A DNA stretch of 24,000 nucleotides from an uncultured Oscillibacter sp. (GTDB taxonomy: Bacteria > Bacillota > Clostridia > Oscillospirales > Oscillospiraceae). The DNA is taken from assembly GCA_910576865.1 (NCBI GenBank), contig CAJTKE010000007.1, positions 73,306 through 97,305 on the forward strand, read 5' to 3'. Numbering within the stretch: the first letter of the stretch is position 1; each line of letters starts with the position of its first letter. This document shows, in pieces, positions 14,879-22,896 of the stretch. The translations under genes and the position numbers were made by a program. The notes under the pieces were generated by a model. The model ran no database searches. It was not told the DNA's origin and worked only from the letters and a program-made list of their open reading frames with translations.

Positions 14879-15714
14879 GGGGCCTCTCCCCGCTTCCCGG
14901 AGACGAACCGGGTCCCGATGTCCCCGCCCTCCACGACACCGTAAAGTCCCTCGGGCCGGGCGCCGTTGGTGATGACCATGTCACAGCCCGCCTCCATGGC
15001 GATCCGGGCGGCGGAGAGCTTGGTGGCCATGCCGCCGGTGCCCCGCCAGGTGCCCGCGCCCCCGGCCATCTCCAGAATCTCCGGCGTCAGCGCCTCCACC
15101 CGGTGGAGGAGCTTCGCCCCCGGGTCCCGCTTGGGGTCCCGGTCATAGAGCCCGTCGATGTCGCTGAGGAGGACCAGCAGGTCCGCCCCGCAGAGCTCCG
15201 CCACGATGGCGGAGAGGGTGTCGTTGTCTCCCAGCACCTTGTGGTGCCCCGTCTCGATCTCAGCGGAGGAGACGGAGTCGTTCTCGTTCACCACGGGAAT
15301 GATGCCCAGCTCCAGAAGGCTTCCGAAGGTGTTCTTCAGGTGCTCCGCCCGGACGGGGTCCTCCACGTCGTCCCCGGTGAGAAGGATCTGAGCCACGGTG
15401 CAGTTGTACTCGGAGAAGAGCTTGTCATAGATGTGCATCATCCGGCACTGGCCCACGGCGGCGGCGGCCTGCTTCATCCGCAGGGCCCTGGGCCGCTCGT
15501 CCAGGCCCATCCGGGCCGTGCCCACGGCGATGGCCCCGGAGGTCACCAGGATGACCTCCCGCCCGCTTCCGCTGAGGTCCGCCAGCACCCGGACCAGCTT
15601 CTCCATGCTCCTGAGGTCCAGGCTGCCGGAGCTGTGGGTCAGGGTGGAGGTGCCCACCTTGACCACGATGCGTTGTTTGTTCCGAATCACGATTCCCTCC
15701 CGCCCCATGGGCAT
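14875..15714 (-). CDS. proB: glutamate 5-kinase (short form without PUA domain)
   Basis: RIVVKVGTSTLTH...LVTSGAIAVG...NENDSV...DNDTLSA...LSDIDGLY...GTGGMATKL. The start is M59 or M61 of track ORF 14875..15888. TGtTATACT (an extended -10) lies just upstream. Confidence 0.93.
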   Translation of the reverse strand: MPMGREGIVIRNKQRIVVKVGTSTLTHSSGSLDLRSMEKLVRVLADLSGSGREVILVTSGAIAVGTARMGLDERPRALRMKQAAAAVGQCRMMHIYDKLFSEYNCTVAQILLTGDDVEDPVRAEHLKNTFGSLLELGIIPVVNENDSVSSAEIETGHHKVLGDNDTLSAIVAELCGADLLVLLSDIDGLYDRDPKRDPGAKLLHRVEALTPEILEMAGGAGTWRGTGGMATKLSAARIAMEAGCDMVITNGARPEGLYGVVEGGDIGTRFVSGKRGEAP

Positions 15715-15770
15715 GATTTGCACCCAGTATAACACGTCGGGGAGGAAAAGAAAAGGGGGACGCGCGCAAA

Positions 15771-15800
15771 GAAACCGGCGGGGTAAACCCCGCCGGTTTC
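15771..15800 (-). terminator. intrinsic terminator after the small membrane-protein gene
   Basis: Perfect 13 bp stem GAAACCGGCGGGG/CCCCGCCGGTTTC with a 4 nt loop, followed on the minus strand by TTTGCG. Confidence 0.75.
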
Positions 15801-15820
15801 CGCCGCCCTCGGGCCGCCCC

Positions 15821-15997
15821 TCACCGCCCCTTCCGGCCTGCCCGGACGACGGCGTAGAGAAACATCGCCCCCAGGGCCGTCTCGCCAATCAGCTGGGCGG
15901 TGTGGAAGCCCACCACAAAGCTCAGACCCGTCTGTACCGCGATGACCGCCGCCACCGCCAGAAGCCCGATCCCAAGCCCCTTCATCATATCCTTCAT
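15821..15997 (-). CDS. small hydrophobic protein (58 aa, two predicted TM helices)
   Basis: Strong SD AAAGGAGG 8 nt before the ATG at 15997. The sequence is MKDMMKGLGIGLLAVAAVIAVQTGLSFVVGFHTAQLIGETALGAMFLYAVVRAGRKGR. A terminator follows. No family recognised. Confidence 0.5.
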   Translation of the reverse strand: MKDMMKGLGIGLLAVAAVIAVQTGLSFVVGFHTAQLIGETALGAMFLYAVVRAGRKGR

Positions 15998-16178
15998 CTC
16001 TGTTTCCTCCTTTTCTGTTTTCCGTTCCCTTGGAACTGTATCCAGTATATCACAGCCGTATTGGCCGCGCCATAGCTTTGCCTTACAGTTTGGCCCCCAT
16101 ACCTTACAATGCTGTAAGACATGTGTAATTTCTGAAAAACGGCAAAAGCTACCTTCACTAAAAAGGAGGTATCTCACC

Positions 16179-16898
16179 ATGACCAAAACCACCAAGCCCA
16201 CCCGGGCGGAACCGGACGCCGATACACAGAAGGAGGCCGTCCAGTCCATTCTGGACTTCGGCTCCGCCATGACGGCCACGCCCCACGGCAATCTCTACTG
16301 CCTCACCATCATCGGCCAGATCGAGGGGCACATGACCGCCTCCTCCGGGACGAAAACCACGAAGTATGAACACGTCCTCCCCCTCCTGGCCAAGCTGGAG
16401 GAGTCCGACGAGGTGGCGGGGGTCCTCTTCCTCCTGAACACCGTGGGCGGCGACGTGGAGGCGGGCCTCGCCATCGCGGAGCTCATCGCCGGCATGACCA
16501 AGCCCACGGTCTCCATCGTCCTGGGGGGCAGCCACTCCATCGGCGTGCCCCTGGCGGTGGCGGCCCGGCGGAGCTTCGCCGTGCCCTCCGCCGCCATGAC
16601 CATCCACCCCGTCCGCATGAGCGGCACCGTCATCGCCGCCCCCCAGACCTACAGCTATTTCCAGCGGCTCCAGGACCGGATCGTGGCCTTTGTCTCCGGC
16701 CACAGCCGCATCTCCGCCGGGGACTTCCAGAACCTGATGCTCCAGAAGGACGACATGGCCGCGGACGTTGGCAGCGTCATCTACGGCGAGGAGGCGGTGC
16801 GCCTGGGACTCATTGACGAGGTCGGAGGCCTCTCCGACGGGCTCAGCTGGCTGTATGAGGAGATCGACGGGGGGAAGAAAAAGAGGAAGCGCAAGTAG
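16179..16898 (+). CDS. tepA: ClpP-fold translocation-enhancing protein TepA (YmfB-like)
   Basis: Blocks CLTIIGQIEGH, KTTKYEHVLP, LNTVGGDVEAGLAIAELI, KPTVSIVLGGSHSIGVPLAV and MTIHPVR match B. subtilis TepA as I recall it. AAAGGAGG SD. The true start is internal to track ORF 15900..16898. Confidence 0.85.
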   Translation: MTKTTKPTRAEPDADTQKEAVQSILDFGSAMTATPHGNLYCLTIIGQIEGHMTASSGTKTTKYEHVLPLLAKLEESDEVAGVLFLLNTVGGDVEAGLAIAELIAGMTKPTVSIVLGGSHSIGVPLAVAARRSFAVPSAAMTIHPVRMSGTVIAAPQTYSYFQRLQDRIVAFVSGHSRISAGDFQNLMLQKDDMAADVGSVIYGEEAVRLGLIDEVGGLSDGLSWLYEEIDGGKKKRKRK

Positions 16899-16979
16899 GG
16901 GGCGGGCTCTGTCCCGCCCCGTCTCCCGGAAGCCCGGCACTCCCGGAGGAGCGGGAGGGGACAGAGCCCCTCCCCTACG
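16895..16979. repeat. REP-like palindromic element (two GTAGGGG-type hairpin arms), copy 1
   Basis: Arm 16895-16929 matches the reverse complement of 20186-20220 at 34/35. Arm 16952-16979 matches the reverse complement of 20136-20163 at 28/28. Each arm folds on itself (GGGGCGGG/CCCGCCCC and GGGAGGGG/CCCCTCCC). The tepA stop codon lies inside the element. Confidence 0.85.
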
Positions 16980-17003
16980 CTCCTTCTACCGATAGAACAC
17001 CCT

Positions 17004-17029
17004 GTAGGGGCGGACCTGCGTGTCCGCCC
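17004..17029. repeat. third GTAGGGG-type hairpin unit
   Basis: GTAGGGGCGGAC-ctgcgt-GTCCGCCC, an 8 bp stem with the same GTAGGGG leader as the neighbouring arms. Confidence 0.65.
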
Positions 17030-17090
17030 TTTTCCCCGCCCACACCGCACCTCCAGAAGAAATCCACACCCGTCATTTTGTAAGATATAC

Positions 17091-17119
17091 TTGACAAATA
17101 GTCGCCCAAGTGCTACACT
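17091..17119 (+). promoter_or_regulatory. near-consensus sigma-A promoter for the membrane-protein/XRE operon
   Basis: TTGACA at 17091-17096, a 17 nt spacer, TGcTACACT (-10 at 17114-17119). The imperfect palindrome TTGTAAG-ATATA-CTTGACAA overlaps the -35. Confidence 0.7.
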
Positions 17120-17148
17120 GGCCCCATCAAACAAAAGGGGGATCATTT

Positions 17149-17673
17149 ATGGATCACTATCACGCCGGGATCATGGTGGGCTTGGCCGCGGGCATCGTCG
17201 CGGGGCTGATTTTCGTGGCGTTCCTTTTCAGGAAGAAGGTTCTGGACTGCCACTTTGACGAGCGGCAGGAGCTGGCCCGGGGGAAGGCCTTTCAATACGG
17301 CTTCTTCACCCTGCTCATCTCCACCTATGCCTACGGCACCTCGGACGTGGTGTTCGGCCGCTGGTGCGACGCGCTGGCCGGGGTCACCATCTGCCTGGCC
17401 GTCAGCCTCTGCGTCTTCGCCGTCACCTGCATCCTGAAGGACGCCTATCTGAGCCTCCGGGAAAAGCCCCGGGTGGTCATGACCATGTTCGCCCTGCTGT
17501 CCGCGCTGAACCTGGGCTTCGGCGTCATGCACGTCCTCCACGGGGAGCTGGTGGAGGACGGCGTGCTGACCTTCCGGGCGGTGAACCCCATCATCGGCCT
17601 CGCCACCCTGGTGATTCTCATCGTGTACATCGTCAACCACCTCCTCCGCTCCCGGGAAGAGGAGGCGGAATGA
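17149..17673 (+). CDS. polytopic membrane protein co-transcribed with a small XRE regulator (DUF2178-like arrangement)
   Basis: Four predicted TM segments and a DERQ motif after TM1. AAAAGGGGGA SD. An ATGA overlap links it to the downstream regulator. Confidence 0.6.
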   Translation: MDHYHAGIMVGLAAGIVAGLIFVAFLFRKKVLDCHFDERQELARGKAFQYGFFTLLISTYAYGTSDVVFGRWCDALAGVTICLAVSLCVFAVTCILKDAYLSLREKPRVVMTMFALLSALNLGFGVMHVLHGELVEDGVLTFRAVNPIIGLATLVILIVYIVNHLLRSREEEAE

Positions 17674-17864
17674 AAAACCTCCGCCTGAAGGCCGCCCGGG
17701 CCGCCCTGGACATGAGCCAGCAGCAGCTGGCGGACGCCGTGGGCGTCTCCCGCCAGACCATCAACGCCATCGAGAAGGGGGACTACAACCCCACCATCAA
17801 GCTCTGCACGGCCATCTGCCGCTGTCTGGGGAAGACCCTGGACGAGCTGTTCTGGGAGGGATAG
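17670..17864 (+). CDS. XRE-family HTH transcriptional regulator (64 aa)
   Basis: MKNLRLKAARAALDMSQQQLADAVGVSRQTINAIEKGDYNPTIKLCTAICRCLGKTLDELFW, the classic short HTH_3 regulator pattern. The start overlaps the upstream stop (ATGA at 17670-17673). Confidence 0.9.
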   Translation: MKNLRLKAARAALDMSQQQLADAVGVSRQTINAIEKGDYNPTIKLCTAICRCLGKTLDELFWEG

Positions 17865-18041
17865 GTATTTTGCACAAATAAGATAAAGAAAATTTGTACA
17901 GATATACAGAAATGCGGCGGCGGTAATTTTATGAAATTCTCACCTACCCAAACCGTCCGGCGTCCGATATAATAGGGCCGTCAGGAAGCATCCATCTTTT
18001 GTCCGGGCCCCGTCGGAGGGGGCCTGTAGGAGGAATTTCAT

Positions 18042-19478
18042 ATGCTGAGAAAAACGAAAATCATCTGCACCCTGGGCCCCGCCGTGGACAGCGAGGAAAT
18101 GATCGTGGCCCTCATCAAGGGGGGCATGAACGGCGCCCGGTTCAACTTTTCCCACGGCAGCCACCCGGAGCACCTGGAGCGGCTGAACCGCCTGAAGGCC
18201 GTCCGGGACCGGATGGGCTCTCCCGTGGCCACCATTCTGGACACCAAGGGCCCGGAGATCCGCATCAAGAGCTTCGAGACCAAGACCGTGGAGCTGACCG
18301 CCGGGGAGGACTTCACCCTCACGGTGGAGGACGCGCCCGGCACCGCCTCCCGGGTCTCCGTCACCTATCCCAAGCTGAACCAGGAGGTGGCCCCCGGGCA
18401 GGAAATTCTGATTGACGACGGCCTTGTGGCCATCCGGGTCAAGGAGGTCAAGGGCCCGGACATCCTCTGCGAGGTGGAGAACGGGGGGACCCTCTCCGCC
18501 AACAAGTCCATCAACATCCCCGGGGCCCACATCCAGCTCCCCGCCCTGACGGAGAAGGACGTGGCGGACATCCGCTTCGGCGTGGAAAACGACTTTGACT
18601 TCATCGCCGCCTCCTTCGTCCGCCGGGCCGCCGACGTGGAGGCCGTGCGGCAGGTCCTCCGGGACTGCGGCGGGGACGAGGTGAAGATCATCGCCAAGAT
18701 CGAGAACCAGGAGGGCGTGGACAACATCGACGACATCCTGGCGGCGGCGGACGGCATCATGGTGGCCCGGGGGGACCTGGGGGTGGAGATTCCCGCCGCC
18801 AGGGTCCCGGCCCTCCAGAAGCAGATGATCCGCAAGGGCCTCCAGGCGGGCAAGCCCGTCATCACCGCCACCCAGATGCTGGACTCCATGATGCGCAACC
18901 CCCGCCCCACCCGGGCGGAGGTCTCGGACGTGGCCAACGCCGTGTACGACGGCACCAGCTGCGTCATGCTCTCCGGGGAGACCGCCGGGGGCAAGTACCC
19001 CGTGGAGGCCCTGGGGGCCATGCTGGAGATCGTCACGGAGGCGGAGGGCTCCATCGACTACTGGAAGCGCTTCCAGAAGCAGCTGGTCATCACCACCTCC
19101 AACAACATCAACGACGCCATCACCCACACCTGCTGCCTGACGGCCCGGGACCTGAACGCCACGGCCATCCTGGCGGCCAGCAGCTCCGGCCGCACGGCCC
19201 GGATGATCTGCCGCTTCCGCCCCGCCTGCCCGGTGGCGGCGCTGACCATGCACGAGAAGACCCGGCGGCAGCTTTCCATCTGCTGGGGGGTCATCCCCTT
19301 CCTCACCGGGGAGGTCAACTCCACGGACCGGATCTTCTCCCTCTCCGCCGAGGTGGCGGTGAAGGAAAAGCTGGTCCAGCCCGGGGACACGGTGGTCATC
19401 ACCGCCGGGGTGCCCCTGGGAAAGAGCGGGTCCACGAACCTCATCAAGGCCCAGGTGATTGAGGACAACAGCCTGTAA
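18042..19478 (+). CDS. pyk: pyruvate kinase
   Basis: MLRKTKIICTLGPA..., IAKIENQEGVDNIDDIL..DGIMVARGDLGVEIP and MLSGETAGGKYPVEA motifs. 478 aa. TAGGAGGA SD. Confidence 0.97.
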   Translation: MLRKTKIICTLGPAVDSEEMIVALIKGGMNGARFNFSHGSHPEHLERLNRLKAVRDRMGSPVATILDTKGPEIRIKSFETKTVELTAGEDFTLTVEDAPGTASRVSVTYPKLNQEVAPGQEILIDDGLVAIRVKEVKGPDILCEVENGGTLSANKSINIPGAHIQLPALTEKDVADIRFGVENDFDFIAASFVRRAADVEAVRQVLRDCGGDEVKIIAKIENQEGVDNIDDILAAADGIMVARGDLGVEIPAARVPALQKQMIRKGLQAGKPVITATQMLDSMMRNPRPTRAEVSDVANAVYDGTSCVMLSGETAGGKYPVEALGAMLEIVTEAEGSIDYWKRFQKQLVITTSNNINDAITHTCCLTARDLNATAILAASSSGRTARMICRFRPACPVAALTMHEKTRRQLSICWGVIPFLTGEVNSTDRIFSLSAEVAVKEKLVQPGDTVVITAGVPLGKSGSTNLIKAQVIEDNSL

Positions 19479-19516
19479 AAAGAGAGGACGCGGAGGGTGC
19501 TCCGCGTCCTCTCTTT
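19479..19516. terminator. bidirectional intrinsic terminator between pyk and greA
   Basis: Perfect 17 bp stem AAAGAGAGGACGCGGAG/CTCCGCGTCCTCTCTTT with a GGTG loop. A/T runs lie at both ends. Confidence 0.9.
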
Positions 19517-19523
19517 CATGCCC

Positions 19524-20027
19524 TCAGTAGGCGCTGATATCCAGGCTTTCGTCGTCTTCCCCTTTTTCGATCTTCCGGATTTCAACGAAGTATTTCACCG
19601 TCGGGCTGACGACAACCTCCGCCCGCTCCCCGGCCCGGCGGCCGAGAATCGCCCTCCCCACCGGGGACTCCTTGCTGACCAGCCCTTTCAAAGCGTCCTG
19701 CCGCAGCGTGGTGACAATGCGGACCTCCATCTCCTTCTTCGCCATCTCGTTGTAGATGGTCACCCGGTCGAAGAGGCCCACGGCGTCCGCCGTGTCCTTC
19801 ACCTCGATGACCTTGGCCGTGCGGATCATCCGCTCCAGGTACCGGATGCGGCTGTCGTTCCGGTTCTTCGCCTGCTTGGCGCACTTGTATTCAAAGTTCT
19901 CGCTCAGGTCCCCGAAGGCCCGGGCGGTCTGGACCTCCTCGATCAGCTGGGGCCGGAGCACCCGGACCCGGTGGTCCAGCTCCTCCCTCATTTTTTTGAT
20001 GTCCACCGCCGTCAGCTCGTCGTACAC
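19524..20027 (-). CDS. greA: transcription elongation factor GreA
   Basis: AFGDLSENFEYKCAKQ coiled-coil tip with the acidic pair context, and a C-terminal SKESPVGRAILGRRAGE. GTG start with AAGGAGGG SD. Confidence 0.95.
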   Translation of the reverse strand: MYDELTAVDIKKMREELDHRVRVLRPQLIEEVQTARAFGDLSENFEYKCAKQAKNRNDSRIRYLERMIRTAKVIEVKDTADAVGLFDRVTIYNEMAKKEMEVRIVTTLRQDALKGLVSKESPVGRAILGRRAGERAEVVVSPTVKYFVEIRKIEKGEDDESLDISAY

Positions 20028-20135
20028 GGCGCATCCCTCCTTTTCAACCGCTCCATCATAGCCCCTTCCGCTGCCGCTGTCAAGGCGTGGAAGCGGCGGG
20101 GGAATGTCCGAGCGCGCTTTATAAGGAGAACATCC

Positions 20136-20220
20136 CGTAGGGGAGGGGCTCTGTCCCCTCCCGTTTTTTTGAAACTGCCGTGTCTCCGGGAGACGGGGCG
20201 GAACAGAGCCCGCCCCCTAC
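20136..20220. repeat. REP-like palindromic element, copy 2 (inverted relative to copy 1)
   Basis: 20136-20163 is the exact reverse complement of 16952-16979. 20186-20220 matches the reverse complement of 16895-16929 at 34/35. The central ~22 nt differ between copies. Confidence 0.85.
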
Positions 20221-20280
20221 TTGACGCCGGCCCGGCGGAGTGCTATCCTATACGAAATACAACGAAAGGGAGGGACCGCC

Positions 20281-20970
20281 ATGGGCCTGGCGGAGCTGCT
20301 GGACATCCGCCCCGGCGTCACCGCCGTCATCGGCGGCGGGGGGAAGACCACCCTTCTGCGGACCCTGGGGGAGGAGCTGGCGGCGGCGGGAAGCCGGGTG
20401 CTGCTCTGTACCACCACGAAGATCGTTCCCTTCGACGGCCTGCCCAACCTGACAAGCCCCGCGGAGGAAGCCCTGGCGGGGGCCCTGAGGGCCCGCGGCC
20501 TGGTCTGCGCCGGGACGCCGGTGCCGGGGACGGGGAAGCTGACCGCCCCGGGCCTTCCCATGGAGAGGTTGGCGGCGTTGGCGGACTATGTCCTGGCGGA
20601 GGCCGACGGCGCGGCGGGCCGTCCCCTGAAGGCCCACGCCCCCCACGAGCCGGTGGTCCCGGCGGAGGCGAACCGGGTGATCTGGATGGTGGGGGCCTCC
20701 GGCTTCGGCCGGCCGGTGCGGGAGGCGGTCCACCGGCCGGAGGAATTCCGGTTCCTGACGGACCTGGAGATGGAGGACCCGGTGACGCCGGAGGCGGTGG
20801 CGGAGGCCCTGCGAGCGGAGGCGTCCCCGGCGTGGCCCCCGGTGCGGGTGTTTGTCAACCAGGCGGAGGACGCCGCCGCCATGGCCGCCGCCCGCCGCCT
20901 CGCGGAGCTGCTGCCCTGGCCGGTGTGCGTCGGGGCGTTGAAAAGGAGGAATTGGATATGCTTGTCGTGA
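20281..20970 (+). CDS. yqeC: selenium-dependent hydroxylase accessory protein YqeC (P-loop)
   Basis: VTAVIGGGGKTTLLRTLGEEL...VLLCTTTKIVP...EADGAAGRPLKAHAPHEPVVP matches the YqeC family pattern. GGGAGGGA SD before the ATG at 20281. Sits in a yqeB/selD context. Confidence 0.8.
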   Translation: MGLAELLDIRPGVTAVIGGGGKTTLLRTLGEELAAAGSRVLLCTTTKIVPFDGLPNLTSPAEEALAGALRARGLVCAGTPVPGTGKLTAPGLPMERLAALADYVLAEADGAAGRPLKAHAPHEPVVPAEANRVIWMVGASGFGRPVREAVHRPEEFRFLTDLEMEDPVTPEAVAEALRAEASPAWPPVRVFVNQAEDAAAMAAARRLAELLPWPVCVGALKRRNWICLS

Positions 20971-21761
20971 TTCGAGGAGCCGGGGACATCGCCACCGGCA
21001 TCGCCCTCCGCCTCTGGCGGGCGGGCATCCGGGTGGTCATGACGGACCTGGAGAAGCCCACCGCCATCCGGCGGACCGTGGCCTTTTCCACAGCCGTGGT
21101 TCGCGGGGAGACCGTGGTGGAGGACGTGGCCGCCCGGCGGGCGGACTGCCCCGGCCAAGCCCTGGAGCTGCTGGAGCGGGGCGTCGTTCCCGTGCTGGCG
21201 GACCCCCAGGGGGTCTGCGTCCACGCCCTGCGCCCCGACGCGGTGGTGGACGCCATTCTGGCCAAGAAAAACCTGGGCACCAGGATCACCGACGCCCCGG
21301 TGGTCGTGGGCGTGGGCCCCGGCTTCACGGCGGGAGTGGACTGCCACGCCGTGGTGGAGACCATGCGGGGCCACGCCCTGGGCCGGGCCCTCTACGAGGG
21401 AAGCGCCCAGCCCGACACGGGCGTCCCCGGGCTCATCGGCGGCTTCGCCGGGGAGCGGGTCCTCCGGGCCCCGGCGGACGGGGTGTTTCACCGGTACCTG
21501 GAGATCGGGGATCGGGTGAAGACGGGAGACGTGGCGGCGGAGGTGGACGGCCGGCCCATGGTCTGCACCCTGGACGGGGTGCTCCGGGGCATCCTGCCGG
21601 AGGGGACCCCGGTTCACGAGGGCATGAAGGCCGGGGACATCGATCCCCGGTGCAAGATCGAGCACTGCTATCGCGCCAGCGACAAGGCCCTGGCCGTGGG
21701 CGGCGGGGTGCTGGAGGCGGTGCTGGGGCTCAGCGGGGCCCTGGGCTCCGCCGGGCGGTGA
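20958..21761 (+). CDS. yqeB: selenium-dependent molybdenum hydroxylase system protein, short YqeB (EF2563-type) family
   Basis: MLVVIRGAGDIATGIALRLWRAGIRVVMTDLEKPTAIRRTVAFSTAV, the characteristic N-terminus. AAGGAGG SD 8 nt upstream. Overlaps the yqeC end by 13 nt. It is embedded in a 754 aa shadow-extended track ORF. Confidence 0.8.
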   Translation: MLVVIRGAGDIATGIALRLWRAGIRVVMTDLEKPTAIRRTVAFSTAVVRGETVVEDVAARRADCPGQALELLERGVVPVLADPQGVCVHALRPDAVVDAILAKKNLGTRITDAPVVVGVGPGFTAGVDCHAVVETMRGHALGRALYEGSAQPDTGVPGLIGGFAGERVLRAPADGVFHRYLEIGDRVKTGDVAAEVDGRPMVCTLDGVLRGILPEGTPVHEGMKAGDIDPRCKIEHCYRASDKALAVGGGVLEAVLGLSGALGSAGR

Positions 21762-21791
21762 CGAACCGCGATGAGAGAAGGAGGATCTTCC

Positions 21792-22832
21792 ATGGCTGAA
21801 AACGAAGTGAAGCTGACCAAGCTGGCCAGGTGCGCCGGCTGCGGCGCCAAGGTGGGCGCCGGCACCCTGGCGAAGCTGCTGGAGGGCATCCGGGTCCACG
21901 AGGACCCCAACCTGCTGGTGGGCTTCGACCGGAGCGACGACGCCTCGGTTTACAAGCTCTCCGATGAGCTGGCCCTGGTCCAGACCGTGGACTTCTTCCC
22001 CCCCATTGCCGACGACCCCTATCTCTTCGGACAGATCGCCGCCGCCAACGCCCTTTCCGACGTGTACGCCATGGGCGGCGAGCCCAGGCTCTGCCTGAAC
22101 ATCTGCGCGGTGCCGAAGGACATGCCCCCCCAGGCGGTCCACGACCTCCTCCGGGGGGGCTATGACAAGGTCTACGAGGCCGGGGCCCTCATCACCGGGG
22201 GCCACAGCATCCTGGACGACGAGCCCAAGTACGGCCTGGCCGTCACCGGCTTCGTCCACCCGGACAAAATGCTCACCAACTCCGGGGCCCGGCCCGGGGA
22301 CGTGCTGCTCTTCACCAAGCCCCTGGGGCTGGGGGTCCTCACCACCGCCGCCAAGGCGGATCTGGCCCCGCGGCCGGCCATGGAGCGGGCCTATGAGCTG
22401 ATGACCACCCTGAACAAGGCCGCCCGGGACGTCATGGTCCAATACCGGGTCCACGCCTGCACCGACGTGACGGGCTTCGGCCTCCTGGGCCACGCCCTGG
22501 AGATGGCCCAGGGCGGCGGCGTGGAGCTGTTCATTGACGCGGGGGCGGTGGACTTCATCCCCGAGGCGGCGGAGCTGGCGAAAATGGGCATCCTCCCCGA
22601 GGGCATGTACCGCAACCGCGCCTTCGCCGAGGCGTCCGTGGACCCGGGGACGGTGGAGCTCTGGCGGCAGGACCTGCTCTACGACCCCCAGACCTCCGGC
22701 GGGCTTCTCATGGCGGTGGACCCCGCCGACGCGGAGGCCCTGTACGAGGCTTTGATCCCCGCCGTCCCCAGCGCCCGGCGGATCGGGACCGTCCGGGAAT
22801 ACAGGGGGAGGAAGCGCGTCTTCCTGCAATGA
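21792..22832 (+). CDS. selD: selenide, water dikinase (selenophosphate synthetase), Cys-type
   Basis: LTKLARCAGCGAKVG glycine-rich N-terminal loop with the catalytic Cys and no in-frame TGA. PurM-like fold blocks (DDPYLFGQIAAANALSDVYAMGG, TDVTGFGLLGH). GAAGGAGGA SD before the ATG at 21792. Confidence 0.93.
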   Translation: MAENEVKLTKLARCAGCGAKVGAGTLAKLLEGIRVHEDPNLLVGFDRSDDASVYKLSDELALVQTVDFFPPIADDPYLFGQIAAANALSDVYAMGGEPRLCLNICAVPKDMPPQAVHDLLRGGYDKVYEAGALITGGHSILDDEPKYGLAVTGFVHPDKMLTNSGARPGDVLLFTKPLGLGVLTTAAKADLAPRPAMERAYELMTTLNKAARDVMVQYRVHACTDVTGFGLLGHALEMAQGGGVELFIDAGAVDFIPEAAELAKMGILPEGMYRNRAFAEASVDPGTVELWRQDLLYDPQTSGGLLMAVDPADAEALYEALIPAVPSARRIGTVREYRGRKRVFLQ

Positions 22833-22837
22833 GCGCG

Positions 22838-22870
22838 AAAAAAGCGGACGGCAAAGCCGTCCGCTTTTCA
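22838..22870. terminator. bidirectional intrinsic terminator between selD and the wall-protein gene
   Basis: Perfect 13 bp stem AAAAGCGGACGGC/GCCGTCCGCTTTT with an AAA loop. Confidence 0.85.
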
Positions 22871-22896
22871 ATTCGGTTTTCCGCTCCCGCCGGGAC

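Noticed and set aside
17892-17907. TGTACAGATATACA upstream of pyk, checked as a CcpA cre site or a Rex box.
   Set aside because: It mismatches the central CG core of the cre consensus (TGWAANCGNTNWCA) at several positions and does not fit TTGTGAA-N6-TTCACAA.
19497-20957. The N-terminal 487 codons of the 754 aa plus-strand ORF that ends as yqeB.
   Set aside because: Only the last 267 codons resemble a real protein (YqeB) and have an AAGGAGG SD. The upstream part is antisense to greA, crosses the REP-like repeat and overlaps yqeC out of frame.
21792-22832. Possible selenocysteine recoding in selD or in the neighbouring redox genes (trxA, TrxR-like).
   Set aside because: All of these frames are continuous with Cys at the catalytic positions. 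There is no in-frame TGA and no SECIS-like hairpin.
20586-22871. A 761 aa minus-strand ORF, and likewise 614..1948 (-), 12846..14543 (+), 17940..19253 (-), 5951..7030 (+), 9235..10272 (+), 9920..11062 (+) and 16158..16940 (-).
   Set aside because: These are Arg/Pro/Gly/His-rich low-complexity translations lying antisense to well-supported genes (yqeB/selD, TrxR/trxA, proA, pyk, obg, hslO, tepA). They are classic stop-codon-poor shadow frames of a high-GC genome.
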